From: the human T2T-CHM13v2.0 reference genome, Homo sapiens
Direction: 5' to 3' (one strand)
NCBI RefSeq assembly: GCF_009914755.1
Contig: NC_060925.1
Length of the DNA: 64,000 nt
Within the stretch, counting starts at the first letter, position 1; each line of letters begins with the position of its first letter. The translations under genes were made by a program, and so were the position numbers. Below the pieces are notes generated by a model. It did no database searches and was not told the origin of the DNA. It saw only the letters and a program-made list of their open reading frames with translations. Shown piece after piece: positions 31,363 through 48,697 of this stretch.

Positions 31363-31650
31363 AATTTTAGAGATAAGGAGATACTCAAGTCACTTTAAGT
31401 TAGAGATGAGATTTTAGAGATAAGGAGATAGAGATTTAGAGATTTGAGAGAGAAGGAGATACTCAAGTCACTTGCTTTAAGTTAGGTAACTATTTAGTTA
31501 AGTTAGATAACTATTTAGTTAAGGAAAGCTCAAATCACTTGCTTTAAGTTAGATAACTATTTACTTAAGGAAAGCTCAACTCACTTGCTTTAAGTTAAAT
31601 AACTATTAAGTGTTAGGACAAGGCCAGAACCCAGGTGTTTTGATTCCTAG
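31363..31650. repeat. MIR-derived compound minisatellite
   Basis: Repeated units ctcaa(g/a)tcacttgctttaagttagataactattta and agagataaggagata inside MIR-like flanks. Confidence 0.75.
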
Positions 31651-31968
31651 TCTAATGTATTACACATTGTTTCTTATAATTAAATAGTTTCTTGATAGTT
31701 TATATTCATTAGTTCCACAGTATGATTTGTCTCCTAGGCCTTGAATCTTGTGTATCAGGTTAATTATCCTTATATTAAATAGTTGCAGGTGTTTCTGTAT
31801 TTTGAATTCTTGGTGCAAATGTCTCTTGTTACATACTGCTCGTTTTCAAGTATCATCTTGTTATGCTACCTATTTTTTTGATTCATTACTTCTGATTTAC
31901 TTTTTCCTGGTAAAACTAATAATGGATCTCATTAAATTTATGTATAACATTGAAGAAAGTGGCATTAA

Positions 31969-35230
<3,262 letters not shown>

Positions 35231-36237
35231 TCCAATTTGATAATACTAACCAGACCACCTACTCTTGCCAGATGGGAAGTCCAGATCCCCACTCAGCACC
35301 CTCTAACAGCAAGGTAGGAAGCATCTGAGATGCCTGGCTGCGGTAGGGTTGGTATTTCAAAAAGATTTCTGTCTTACTGGGCTGCCCTGTTTTGCAGTTA
35401 TTTGGCTAAAGAGAGCAGGTTTTTCTTGGGGCTTTTTTTTTTTTTTTTTTTATTCTTTGGTTTTGGGTTACAGACTTCTGGCACAATCTGGAGAAGTCTA
35501 TTAAAGGAAAACCCAGAGAATTCATATCTTGTCTTCCTCAAGACCTGAAGTTCCTAACTGGTCTGTTTTTTTCCTTCTACCTTCTCTGCTGTATTAAGTC
35601 CAGGGTGTTTAGTTGAATTTATGTGGGCTGGAGTGAAGAGATATAAGCCTACTCAATCTTGTTGAGAACCAGAAATTTGACAGTTAATTTTTGTTTTGGT
35701 TCTTCAAGCAGGCACATGTTTCTTTTTCTCCTTTTGGATAACTCAGTCATCTCTCAGGTCTCAATAAATACTACTTTTCTGGAGAAGGAAAATAAATACT
35801 ACTTTTCTTGATATTTTAACCTAAATTACAAGCAGGTTTTTCATTCTTTGCTGTTATCAAAATTTTTAATTGTGGTTTGCTTATCTAATGTCTTTCTTCT
35901 CACTAGACATACACTCCTGAGTGTAAGGGTTATTTTGTTTTTGTTTTTTTAATGGACTTTATTCTTGAACAGGTTTAGATTTACAGAAAAATAGATAACC
36001 ATATAACTACTGTACTTTCGTTGATAAAGTTGTTTCCCATGGGGGCATGGGTTAACAGTTCTGATCCTGCTATACGTTTTACTGGAATTGAATGATTCAG
36101 TAAATGGATGGTAGATGGTAGGAGCCAGGTTTCTCACTGTTGGAGTTGGGATTTACAGATAATCAACGGGAGGAGGCTAGAGTGATCTGTGTTTTGATAG
36201 ATTCAAGTTGGAGACGTCATTATGAACTCATATTTAG

Positions 36238-36610
<373 letters not shown>

Positions 36611-36749
36611 AACATTTCCGTCTTTTAAATTAAATTGTTACAGTTGTTATCCAGTAGGAGTCCACAGAAAGTAATCGATAATAATTGTATTTGAAAAGAC
36701 TGCTTAGAGCTATCATCATTTCTTGCCTAGATTAGTACAATAGCCTCTT

Positions 36750-37210
36750 TATTATGTGTCTATTGCAGCATAGCAAGCTCATCTCAAGATTCTTCGGGTA
36801 TACTAGGTGTTTCTTTTCCTGGTCTCAACTGGGCTCACTTATGCAGCTGTATTCAGCTGGTGGCTAAGCTGGACTGGAATGCCTACTGTGGCTTCACTCA
36901 CATGTCTGGTGCCTCAGCTGGAAAGCTTTTGTTCTCATACACATGGCCTCTTTCCACATGGTTTCTCTCGTCTTCCATGTTGTCTCTCTTTCAAGCAGGA
37001 TAGTTTGGACTTCTTTATATAGCAGTTGGTTTCTAAGAGCAAAAACAAGCTATGAGCTCTCTTGAAGCCTGTACTTGGAACTCCTGCACATCAGTAGAAT
37101 GTCACTTTAGTCAGAGTCCCTCAGAAGACTACCCTCAGAGTCCATGTGGAAGGGTGTGAATGCAAAGAGGCAGGATTCACTTGAGGCCATTTTGTAACAA
37201 TGCACCATAG
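36750..37210. mobile_element. MLT1-type MaLR LTR remnant
   Basis: ggcttcactcacatgtctggtgcctcagctgg and related MLT1 motifs. Confidence 0.55.
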
Positions 37211-37336
37211 CTTCGCAACATGTTGCCCTGCCTCCCTTGAAATCTATTATTTCTTAACACAGGTCAGACTATATCATTTCTTTGCTGAAACCCTGCCCTG
37301 AGTTTCCATTTCATTCAAAGTAAAAACCAAAGTCTT

Positions 37337-37653
<317 letters not shown>

Positions 37654-37666
37654 TTATTTTCCATCT

Positions 37667-37807
37667 GAAACAAGAAGTAGAAAGGTAGCCAGTCTAGGGC
37701 TTGTGTAGCAGTTCAGTAAGGCCATCAGGGACCCAGAAACAAGAAGTAGAAAGGTAGCCAGTCTAGGGCTTGTATAGCAGTGCCCAGTAAGGCCATCAGG
37801 GACCCAG
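37667..37807. repeat. ~70-bp tandem duplication within an MLT1-like remnant
   Basis: gaaacaagaagtagaaaggtagccagtctagggcttgt...taaggccatcagggacccag present twice. Confidence 0.9.
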
Positions 37808-40800
37808 GCTCTCTCTCTTTCTGCTCTGCCATCCTTAGTGTATTGGGTTTTGTCCTGTTTGTTCCTCGTTACAAGATGACTGCTGTACTTTCAAGCCTTG
37901 GGTCTGCATTCTTGGCAAATAGAAAAGGAGAAGTAAAAGCTTTCATCAAAATCCTGGATTTAGTTCTCTTTGATGAAACTTGGTAATGTGGTTACTTCTG
38001 GCTGCAGGAGAGCCTGGTGAAATGAGAATTTTAGCTGTAGACATTGTTTCATCTAACAAAATGGGAGGTTTTCTTTTTTATTATTGTTTTTTAAGTGAGG
38101 ATAATAGGAGGATGCTATTATGTAGGCACCCAGCACTATCTGCTTCAGTACCAACTATGTGCCAGAAACTGTACTGTTGCTATGAAAGCATATTTTTTCA
38201 GTGGGCATGGCCGTTATGAGACTTAAAAATAATATGGTCAGGCAGTTATAATAATTCCATTTCACAGATGAGGAAATCGAAGCTTTAGCATGATTGCAGT
38301 ATCAGAATTTATACATGGTCATTCTGATGCCAAATGCTTCATTATTTCCATAACACAACATTCTAACTGAGCCTTCTGTTCAAAACAAACAAACAAAAAA
38401 CACAATATGGCCTACATTTGTGTGAAGCCTTTGCTGCTCTTTCAAATTATATTTGGTTTTCATGTCTGTCTTCTTTAATAAATTGAATACCAGAAAGAAA
38501 GAAGGATCAGGTCATTTTTATCTTTATATTTCATTACCTAGAACTCAATGCATGTTTTGAATAAAGTTTTTTTTTAAACCTTGTATGATAGGGAAACCGA
38601 AAGATAGATAAGCAAACAGGTACAGATAAGTAGGATAATACGCTTGAATTGGATAGCCAGTACACTGGGCTTGTGTTTGAACTGGTTTCTTGCTTTCTAG
38701 TTGAGAGCACTTTCCTTTTGAGGCACAGAATGTTGGATTAGGATGAAATTAGAGAAGAAGAAATGTGTTCTGCTAATATCCCTGGCTTAAGGCAGGTAAT
38801 ATCTATTAATGCAAATCAATCTGGTCAAGATGTAGTTCAAATATAGATAAACGGGTATTTCAGAGGGCCCCTGGAAGAAGATGGTATGGAGTAAATAAAA
38901 ACGCAATTTACCAGGAGTCAGAAGGACTAGTAAGCTGAACCCAGCCAGGTCTCTGACAGCTGGTTGCTTAGCTGCTTTAAGCATGCTTTCCCCAAGACTA
39001 AAATCAAGAAAGTTAGACTAAATGGTTTTTGAAATTCCTTCTAGCTAACATAGTATATGAATCATTGTATCCAGTGAGTTTTTATGGGTACTCTAACATT
39101 TCTTGGCATCTATCAGGTCAGACTGTTTTATATTTCTGAAATGTAGAGAGAGTAACAGCTTTTTCACTACTCTGGGAACTGGGCCAGTGAGGAGTAAACA
39201 TCCTCTCCTGTCTCTCCCTAAATGAAGTACTTGGTCACGAGTGACAGTCCATTTTCATTTTGTTCTTTGAATCTGGTCTTGTTCTTATTTCAGTGTTTTT
39301 CTTAACTTTACTGTGAGTTTGTTGAAGTATATTAAATTGAAAATGTCAGTTTATGTTTGAGTCTAAAAATAAGAATTTCATTATTGTACAAAGTAAAAGT
39401 CATTGTATTTACCAAATACATATTATCACATTTGTGTATTTGAAATACTTGACTGGCACATGAGGTAATTTAATTACAATGTACTGTGTAGTCTGTAGTT
39501 TGGTCCCTTGTAGTAGAATTGTGTTGAATGAAAGTGGCAAGGTTAAGTAGCAGATATAATGTAGTATAAGATATGATTATAAGCTTTTACATTTTCCACA
39601 ATTGAAATAAAGTTAATATTACTTTTGGTTCTTTTGGTTTCTTTTAAATAATGTCTTTTCCTTATTAGACAAGGTTAAAAAAAGAAGTGGAGAAAATTTT
39701 ATTGTCAAAAAAATAGAGAAAACATGGAAAACTTTGAAAAATAAAATGGAAATCCCTCTTAATTTATCTTTCCCTCTATTTTTAAAGTTCTTATTTTTAA
39801 CATAACTTGAAATAAAAGTGTGTTTACACAGCAGTATATCAGCTGCATATACTGCTGTTAACTAATCAAGGGCACAAATAAGGGAAACCTTTCTTTATTC
39901 GCTAGCTGACTTGAAATTCTTTTGTTATGACACTTAGGTAGCATCTTGAACTTTCTCTTTTCTAAAGTTGGTTTAAAGCCCTGATATTTGTAAGCTTTAT
40001 AAGGGAGTCTGTCTGTGCCCAATACAGTGCATTGAACATATTATTAATTTTAAAATTATTGAATTGACCATTCTATATAACAAAAATTTCTAATTATTAT
40101 CTTAGGTTAGATTTCTTGAGTTTTATAATTCTATGTCAAAGAGAAACACTATTTTTAAATTTCTTGTTTTATATTCCCAACTTTTTAAATGAAGTCTTGT
40201 AAGTGGATAAATAAAATATAGTATATATACACAATGGAATATTATTCAGTCATAAATAATGAAATCTTGTCATTTCAGACAACGTGAATGTACCTAGAGG
40301 ACACTAAGCCAGGCACAGAAAGACAAATACCACATGATCTCATTCATAGGTGGAATCTAAAAGGTTGTTCTCATAGAGGTAGAGAGTAGAATGGTAGTTA
40401 TGAGAGGACGAGAGGGGAGCAGGGAAAAACGGGTAGGGAAGGATGGGTTAATGGGTACAAAAAAGTTGGGAATATGTAACAAGAAACATAAAAATAGTTA
40501 TTCTCTTTGATAGACATTTAGGTTGATTCCATATCTTGGCTATTGTGAATAATGCTGTAGTAAACATAGGAGTGCAGATATCTGTAAAACATACTGATTT
40601 CATTTTCTTTGGATATATATACCCAGTAGTGGGATTTATCGGATCATGTGGTAGTTCTGTTTAAAATTTTTTGAGTAGCCTTCATGCTGTTTTCCATAAT
40701 GGCTATACATTCCCACCAACAGTGTATAAGGGTTCCCTTTTATCCATACCCTCATCAACACCTGCTATCTTTTGATTTTTTGAGAGTACCTATTCTAACT

Positions 40801-41120
40801 AGAGTGATGTGATATCTCATTATAGTTTTGACTTGCATTTTTTGATGATTAGTGATGTTGAACATTTTTTCATACACCTGTGGGTTGTTTGTATGTTCTT
40901 TTTTTGGAGAAATGTCTATGTAGGCCTTTTGCCCATTTTTTGATCAGGTTATTTGTTTGTTATTGAGTGTTTGAGTTCTTTATATTTGGGTATTAACCCT
41001 TTATCAGTTGTGTAGTTTGTAAATGTGTTCTCCCAGTCTATGACTGGCATCCTTGCTCTGTTGATTGTTACCTTTACTATGCAGAAGATTTTTAGTTTGA
41101 TACAATTCCATTTGTCTATA

Positions 41121-41636
41121 CAGGTTAAATATCCTGTATCTGAAATGCTTACAACCAGAGTGTTTTGGATTTGGGATTTTTTCAGGTTCTGGAATATTTG
41201 CATTATACTTAGTGGTTGAGCATTCCAAATCAAATTTTGAAAATTCAAAACGTTCCAATAAGCATTTAGTTCGAGTATCATGTTGGCAATCAAAAGGTTT
41301 CATAGTGGCTCACGCCTATAATCCCAACAATTTGGGGGGGTCAAGGCAGGAGGATCACTTGATGCCATCAGTTCAAGACCAGCCTGGGCAATGTAGCAAG
41401 ACCCTGTCTTTACAAAAGATAAAAATTAGCTAGGCATAGTGGAGCCCACCTGTAGTCTTAGCTACTTGGGAGGCTAAGGTGGGAGGATCACTTGAGCTCA
41501 ATGTTTCAAGGTTGCTAATGAGCAATGATTGTACCACTGCACTCCAGCCTGGGTAACAGAGTGAGACCCTATCTTTAAAAAAAAAAAAAAAAAATTTGGA
41601 GCGTTTTAGAGTTTTGGATTTAGAATGCTCAAACTG
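41121..41636. mobile_element. Tigger4a/MER46-type DNA transposon interrupted by an AluJ (41304-41594, +)
   Basis: TA|CAGGTTAAATATCC start and atgctcaaactg end; L1 sequence resumes on both sides. Confidence 0.75.
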
Positions 41637-42569
41637 TTTTTGCTTTTGTTGCCCATGCTTTTCAGGTTTTGTCCAAAATATTCTTGCCTAGACCAGTGAC
41701 ATGGAGCTTTCCCCTATATTTCCTCCATATTTTCTTCTTGTGATTTTGTAGTTTGGGGTCTTACATTTAAGTCTTTAATCCATTTTGAGTTGAGTTTTGT
41801 CTGTGGTGAGAGATAAGAATCTAATTTCATTCTCTCATGTGGATATCCAGTTTTCCCAACACCACTTGTTGCCCTTTTCCCATTGAGTGTACTTGGCCCC
41901 TTTGTCAAGAATTAATAAACTGTAGATAGATGATTTATTTCTGGACTGTCTTCTGTTCCATTGATTTGTGTGTCTTTTTTATACCAGTAGCATGCTATTT
42001 TGATTACTATAGCTATGTAATGTGTTTTGAAGTCAAGTAGTATGATGCCTCCAGCTTTGTTCTTTTTGCTTTAGATTACTTTGGCTATTTATGTTCTCTT
42101 GTTGTCTTTCTTTATGGTTAGGTGATTTTCTCTAGTAATGTGTTTTGATGGTTTCCCTGTTATTTTTGGTGTATTTCTTATAGGTTTTTGCTTTGCAGTT
42201 ACCATGAAGCTTATGAAAAAAATCTTAAAATGAGATATTTGAAACTGATAGCAACCCAACTTTGATTGTAAAGATAGGAAAAGAAAGAAAAAGCAAACTC
42301 TACTTTTAACTCCATTTTCTCCCACATTTGTAATTTTTGATGTCCCATTTTACATCTTATATTACCCATCTCTTGGCAAATTAAAAGTTATTATTTAATA
42401 GTTTTGTCTTTTAGCCTTCATATTAAAGATACAAGTGCTTTATGTATCACATTTATAGTATTATAGTATTCCATCTTCCAGTATACTTACTAGTGAGTTT
42501 TATACCTTTAAGATGTTTTCTTGTTACACATTAGAGTCTCTTTCTTCATTTAAAGAACTGTTTTTAGCA

Positions 42570-42877
42570 TTTTTTGTTTGCTTGTATGTTCGAGACAGGG
42601 TCTCACTCTGTCCTTCAGGCTAGAGGGCGGTGGTGCGATCATGGCTCACTGCAGTCTTGATCTCATGGACTTGAATGATCCTCCCACCCCAGCCTCCCAA
42701 GTATCTGGGACTACAGCCACACGCCACCACACCCAGCTGATTTTTTAATTTTCATTTTTAGTAGAGTCAAAGTCTTGGTATGCCACCCAAGGCCTTGAGC
42801 TCCTGAGCTCAAGCAGTCCTTCCACCTTGGCCACCCAAAGGGCTGAGATTACAGATGTGAACCATTGTTCCTGGCCT
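42570..42877 (-). mobile_element. AluJ
   Basis: Antisense Alu with AluJ diagnostics. Confidence 0.85.
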
Positions 42878-43775
42878 ATTTTTTTTTTAACATTTCTTGT
42901 AAGACATATCTGATGATGATAAATTCTCTTAGTTTTCATTTGTCTGGCAAAGTCTTTATCTCTGCTTTATTTCTAAAGGATAGCTGTGCTGGGTACAGTA
43001 TTCTTGGTTGACAGCCCACCCCCCCCCCACCCCCAATCTTTTTTTTTCTTTAACAATTTGAATATATCATCTCACTCATCCTGACTTATAAGGTTTCTGC
43101 TGAGAAGTCTATTGCTAGACAGATTGGGACTTCCTTATATGTTATTTGCTGCTTTTGTTGCTTTCAAAATATTTTTGTCTTTGATCTTTGAGAATTTGAT
43201 TATGGTATTTCTTGGGGTACACTTATTTGGGCTGTATCTGATTGGTAACCTTTGACCTTTCTGTACCTGGATAATTTGTATCTTTCTCTAGTTTTGGGAA
43301 GTTTTGTGTTATTATCTCTTTGAATAAGCTTTCTTCCCATTTGTCATTCTCAATTCCCTCTTGAAGCCCAGTAACCCAAATATTTGCTCTTTTGATACTG
43401 TTGCATTGTTCTGTAAACTTCTTCATTCCCTTTTACCCTTTTTTTAATTGTTTCTCCTCCAGCTATGTGTTTTCAAATAGCTTGTCTTCAAGCTCAGATT
43501 TTTGTATCTGATAGATTCTGCTGTTGATATTCTCTACTGCATTCATTTTGTTCATCGTATTTTTCAGCTCCAGGATTTCAGTTTGTTTAATCTCTCATGT
43601 TTCTCTGATAAATTCCTGGATTCTTCCCCTGTGTTTTATTGAAGTTCATTGAGTTTCCTTAAAACAGCTCTTTTGAATTCTCTGAGACATCACACATCTC
43701 CATCACTTTAGGGTTGTTTCCTGGTGCCTTATTTTGTTTGTTGCATGAAATTATGGTTCCTGAATGCTTTCTTAA

Positions 43776-44066
<291 letters not shown>

Positions 44067-46598
44067 CCTGAATATTCTTCATGCCTTTGGCCTGCCCTGA
44101 CATCTGAACATTGAGGGATTAGCTGTTTATTCCCCATTCAAAGCCTGGTGGTGGTTTGTTCCTGTTCTTCCAGAAATTCTAAGCAGGGCGATTATTGTGT
44201 TCTTTGAGCCCTTGGCCACTATCACTGTTTCAGCACTAGATGGCACCGTAAGCCCAGGTTTGCAGTGAATTCACAGTTGGTTTGTGTTCTGGCCCAGATT
44301 GACTAGGGGAGAGACTGGAGTGTCTCTCTGGGTGTGTGAGTTTCCACTGGGGCCAGGACACGTTAGGCACTGTGTCACTCTGCTCAGTGCTTGGGCCTCA
44401 CCATGGCATGCTCCAAAGCAACATTGTGTACCTGTTCCCCTCTCATTCTTTCAAGCATCAGTGTCTCCACACTGTGCTGCCTGGGGTTGAGGGAAGGGGT
44501 GGAGCAGGCAGTATTGTGGCCAGGACGGCCACCGTAATGCTAGCTCACACCTGAAAACCATAGCTGCCAAGACAAGCACAGCACAGGGATATGCCCAAGA
44601 CCCATGGAACTATAGCCTGCCTGCTGCTGAGGTTTATTTGTGGCTCAAGTCCACTGCAGACAGACAGTAGTGATGTACCCCTGAGTCTATTCCACTGAGG
44701 CCATGTCTCTCTGCCTGACACTGAAATGAGTTCAGAGGCACGGTCTTTGGGTGCCAGCCTGGGATCAGTGGGCCATCAGATTTTGCCCAGTGTGGAGTCT
44801 TACCATGGCAGACTTGTCACTGAGTCAAGATCAAAGTACTGCTTTTGTATCCCTCTTTTTCCCCCAGTAGATGGAGGCACTCTCCAAGCTGTGCTGCCTA
44901 GGGTTGGAAGAAGAATAATGGGGTCCCAGTCCTGCCACCAGGACTACTACATCCCCGGGGCACCAATCAGGCCCATACCACTGTAGCCTTCCTGCTGCTG
45001 AAGTTCACTCATGGCTTGAGGCTACTGTAGATGCCAGAACACAAGTCTGTCATACTGAGGCCACAGGTTTCCACATAGTATCGGGATGGGTCCTTGTCTG
45101 CCTAGCTTGGTCTGGGGTTAAGGGGCATGGGGTTCTGCCTGGTGTTGGGTTTCACCACGGCAGACCCAGTGCTGAGCTACAAGTCAAAAGTCCTGCACTC
45201 ACTTCCCTCTCCTTACCCCAAGTGGGCTGTGTCTCTCTCTGTGCTGTGCTTATAGTTGGGGGAGAGGTGATTCAGGCATTGTACCTCTGTCTTTCCTACC
45301 CTCTTCAGTTGATCTTTTCTTAGTAATGCTAAAACCAGATATGGTCATCTCTGATCTGGTTCCTTGGCTCTTGCGAAGTTACTTTCATGCATAGATCATG
45401 TTCAAATTTATGTTTCTGTGGGGAGTCAATCGCTGGAGAGTCTTATTCAGCCATCTTGACTCTGCCTCTTCTCCAAATTCTCTTTATCAGATAGAGGGAA
45501 GCATGAGTTCCTCAGCAGTGGCAGGTTTTCCTTAATTGTAAAGGAAGAATATTAAATAACATAATGGACAAGTCATTAAAAAACAAACAAAAAAAAACCA
45601 AACTAATCTGCCAAGCATAAGCCCTGCCCTCAAATTGCTCATAGTCTTTGAAGAGTGGTCAGATAAAAAAAAGGGGTAATTGTTTCAATAAGGTACACAA
45701 TATCAGAGCACACAGGAGAGGCATTCAACTAAATTCTAAAGAAAGGCTTTGGACAGGAAATTGTTTCCCAGCAAGAGTTGTTCTTGATCTTTGAAACAAA
45801 GTAAAAGTTAACAGGGTCAAGAAGATACTTGAAAGAGATAACTGCAGGAGAAAGGAGAGATGGTGCATACCAAAGGTGAAGCATGCTTAGTGGCTGAGCC
45901 AAGAGAGATGATTTCTTGAAGTAAAGTTTTATAATTTGATATGATTGGAGTTTAAGGAACAAAGTGGAAAGAAATGGGAGTTGAGGTAGGCAGTAAACGA
46001 AAGTGTTAGGTATTTCTTCTGGCCTATGAGAAATAAGGAATAATTTCCTGAGATATTAAGAGTACCATGAACAAGGAAATTTTGCAGACCTCTGGCTTTG
46101 GACATAATATTAAAGAACAAATCTGCGAAAGCAGTTCATAAAGTGTTTTCTGATAAATGTGTAAGGATTGAAACAAAAATATTTGGAGGAATGGAACTAG
46201 CTTAAACTATTTTTTATCTAAGCATTTTTTGCCTCAGTCCACTTTACCTGAAACTAGACAATATGAATTTGGGATTTTATTCTTTGACAATAGACATGTG
46301 CTAGTGTTGTTGACAACTTGCCAAGGATAGACACTTAAACTTTGGAAACCAAATGGATCGTAGGACTTATATTCCATTATAAATAGTGAAAAATCTAGAC
46401 AGCATTTTGGCTCAGGTAGAAGATCATTGTTTATCTGTATAGTGACAGATCAGAAATACAACTTCTAACAGGTGTAGATTACCTGTTTTAGGAATTCTTA
46501 ACCTAGGATCCGTGGAACCTGGTAAGTATACATAACAACATGAAATTTTCTTTGTACTATTTTTTGTTGGCGTTTCAAAGGAATTCTTAGCTAGAAAC

Positions 46599-46730
46599 AG
46601 GCTGGGCACGTGTTTCATGCCTGTAAACCCAGCACTTTGGGACGTCAAGGTGGGAGGATCACTTAGGCCAAGAGTTTGAGATCAGCCTGGACAACATGGC
46701 AAAATCCCATCTCTACCAGAAAAAAAAAAG
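46599..46730 (+). mobile_element. FLAM/AluJ left monomer
   Basis: ggctgggcacgtg...ccatctctaccagaaaaaaaaaa. Confidence 0.85.
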
Positions 46731-47347
46731 AGATTTATAGAAATCAACTACTTCATATTTTGCATAATATACCTGCAGGCACAAGGTAAATTGATATGAA
46801 AACCAAGACGAGATCCCGTATCACCCATAAGCTCACCCTTTTCACTATTTTGCATGATACATAATTTTTAGAAATTAAGAATGAATGTAGAAAGTACTTG
46901 CATCAACTTATTTATATGGGTGTGAGGAATTCTCAAAAAATTAAAGAAAATCTTTGCATTAATTAGGTCTGTGATTCAAAGGTACAAAAAGGCTGCACAG
47001 TGTGTCTTTTTCTTTTCCATGTCCTTCATAAACTCAAATCTCCTCCCTAGAGGTAACCATTATCTTTGGTTTCTTGTGTTTCAGAATTTAAACATTTTAA
47101 ATCCAATGGTATTATAGTAATGGACTTTGAAACAGTAAATGATATAGAAATAGCTAGAACATAACTTTAGTTGTTGTAAATATAGATTAGCTGTGCTTAA
47201 CTGATTGGATTTTCATTTTAAGGTGACTGTACTGTGTATTGTCTTAGCTTCCATCAATAGAACACAATTTAGAGGTGTTCTCAAGTAATGATGCTTTTGT
47301 ACTGAGTCAACCAAATTACCAATTGGAGTACTTAGCCTTGAAGTATA

Positions 47348-47636
47348 CAGTTGGCCATTCATATCTGTGGATTCAACATCTGCAGATTCAACCAATTGCA
47401 GATTGAAAGTATTAGGGGAAAAAAAAAATAAAAAATAATACAAATAATACAGCATAGCAACTATTTACATACCACTTGTATTGTGTATTATAAATAACTA
47501 GAGATTAAAGTATGGGGTGTGTATTTAGATTATATGCAAATACCACACCGTTTTATATAAGTGACTTGGTCATCTTTAGATTGTGGTATATGTGGGATCC
47601 TGGAACCAACCTCCCACACATACCAAAGAACAACTG
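47348..47636. mobile_element. MER2-type TcMar-Tigger DNA transposon
   Basis: TA|CAGTTGGCC...CAACTG|TA termini; internal ttatatgcaaataccacaccgttttatataag motif. Confidence 0.8.
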
Positions 47637-47786
47637 TATAAATGGAGTTCTGAATATAGTTTTCCCAAGCCCTAGTACATTTAATTCATTAACTAAAAAG
47701 TGGTCATAAAGGTATCTATTTTGCCAATATTCATTTATTTTTAAGAAGTTTCTTACAGAAGATAAAATGATTCACCTATTGAATTT

Positions 47787-47873
47787 TTTTATTTGTATAA
47801 ATTTAAGGGATACAAGTGCAGTTTAGTTACATAAATATATTATGTAGTGATGAAGTCTGGGCTTTTAGTGTTT
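47787..47873 (-). mobile_element. Very short L1 (PB/MA) 3' end
   Basis: atttaagggatacaagtgcagtttagttacat 3'UTR; TSD acctattgaattt / acctatagaattt. Confidence 0.7.
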
Positions 47874-48396
47874 ACCTATAGAATTTAATAATACTTTTTA
47901 TTTATTAAGTGACTGCAGTGACCCAGTACTTGTATTTAGAACTTCATTTACAATATTTGTGAATTATCACAGTATCTCTAAAAGGTGGCTACTATTATTA
48001 TTTAGATTTTGTAGACTATTAAAACTGAGTATTTGAAAAGTTAAGTAACTTGCTCAAGGTTCACAGTGTAGGGGTTGGGATCTAACCTGGGTTCCTAAGA
48101 TACCAAAATCCGCTATCTTTACACAGCCTTTGTGTGTAGATGTGTTCACTTTATTTTAATATAAATGTATTTGTCAAGTAATGCTACTTAGTAGCCAGTG
48201 AGTTCTTGAATTTATGATTTTGTATGGTTATAATAAAAGTCAGTAAGTAGTTGGTCTATTGCTTATTAAGGAGATAATTAAATATAGTTAAATGTAATGT
48301 AATCAAGAAAGACTCTCTTAGGCTGAAAACACTGCATATTTACTGAGCAGCCAACTCTCCTAAACTCCCACATTTGTATGTTTATTTTTTCTGTAG

Positions 48397-48697
48397 GGGG
48401 ATTCCCGAAGTCTTCCGTTTTCTGAGAATGTGAGTGCTGTTCAAAAATTAGACTTTTCAGATACAATGGTGCAGCAGAAATTGGATGATATCAAGGATCG
48501 AATTAAGAGAGAAATAAGGAAAGAACTGAAAATCAAAGAAGGAGCTGAAAATCTGAGGAAAGTCACAACAGATAAAAAAAGTTTGGCTTATGTAGACAAC
48601 ATTTTGAAAAAATCAAATAAAAAATTAGAAGAACTACATCACAAGCTGCAGGAATTAAATGCACATATTGTTGTATCAGATCCAGAAGATATTACAG
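48397..48697 (+). CDS. PKN2: PKN2 coding exon 2 (301 nt; about residues 17-117, HR1a Rho-binding antiparallel coiled coil)
   Basis: Translates GDSRSLPFSENVSAVQKLDFSDTMVQQKLDDIKDRIKREIRKELKIKEGAENLRKVTTDKKSLAYVDNILKKSNKKLEELHHKLQELNAHIVVSDPEDIT, matching the PKN2 N-terminus as I recall it. Acceptor tttattttttctgtag ends at 48396 (phase 0); donor ACAG|gtatag at 48698 (phase 1). Confidence 0.97.

Noticed and set aside
31363-31650. CRISPR-like repeat array
   Set aside because: No unique spacers, irregular period, eukaryotic MIR context.
48430-48460. GTGAGT...TTTTCAG as an exitron
   Set aside because: Only 31 nt, below the practical minimum length for human spliceosomal introns.
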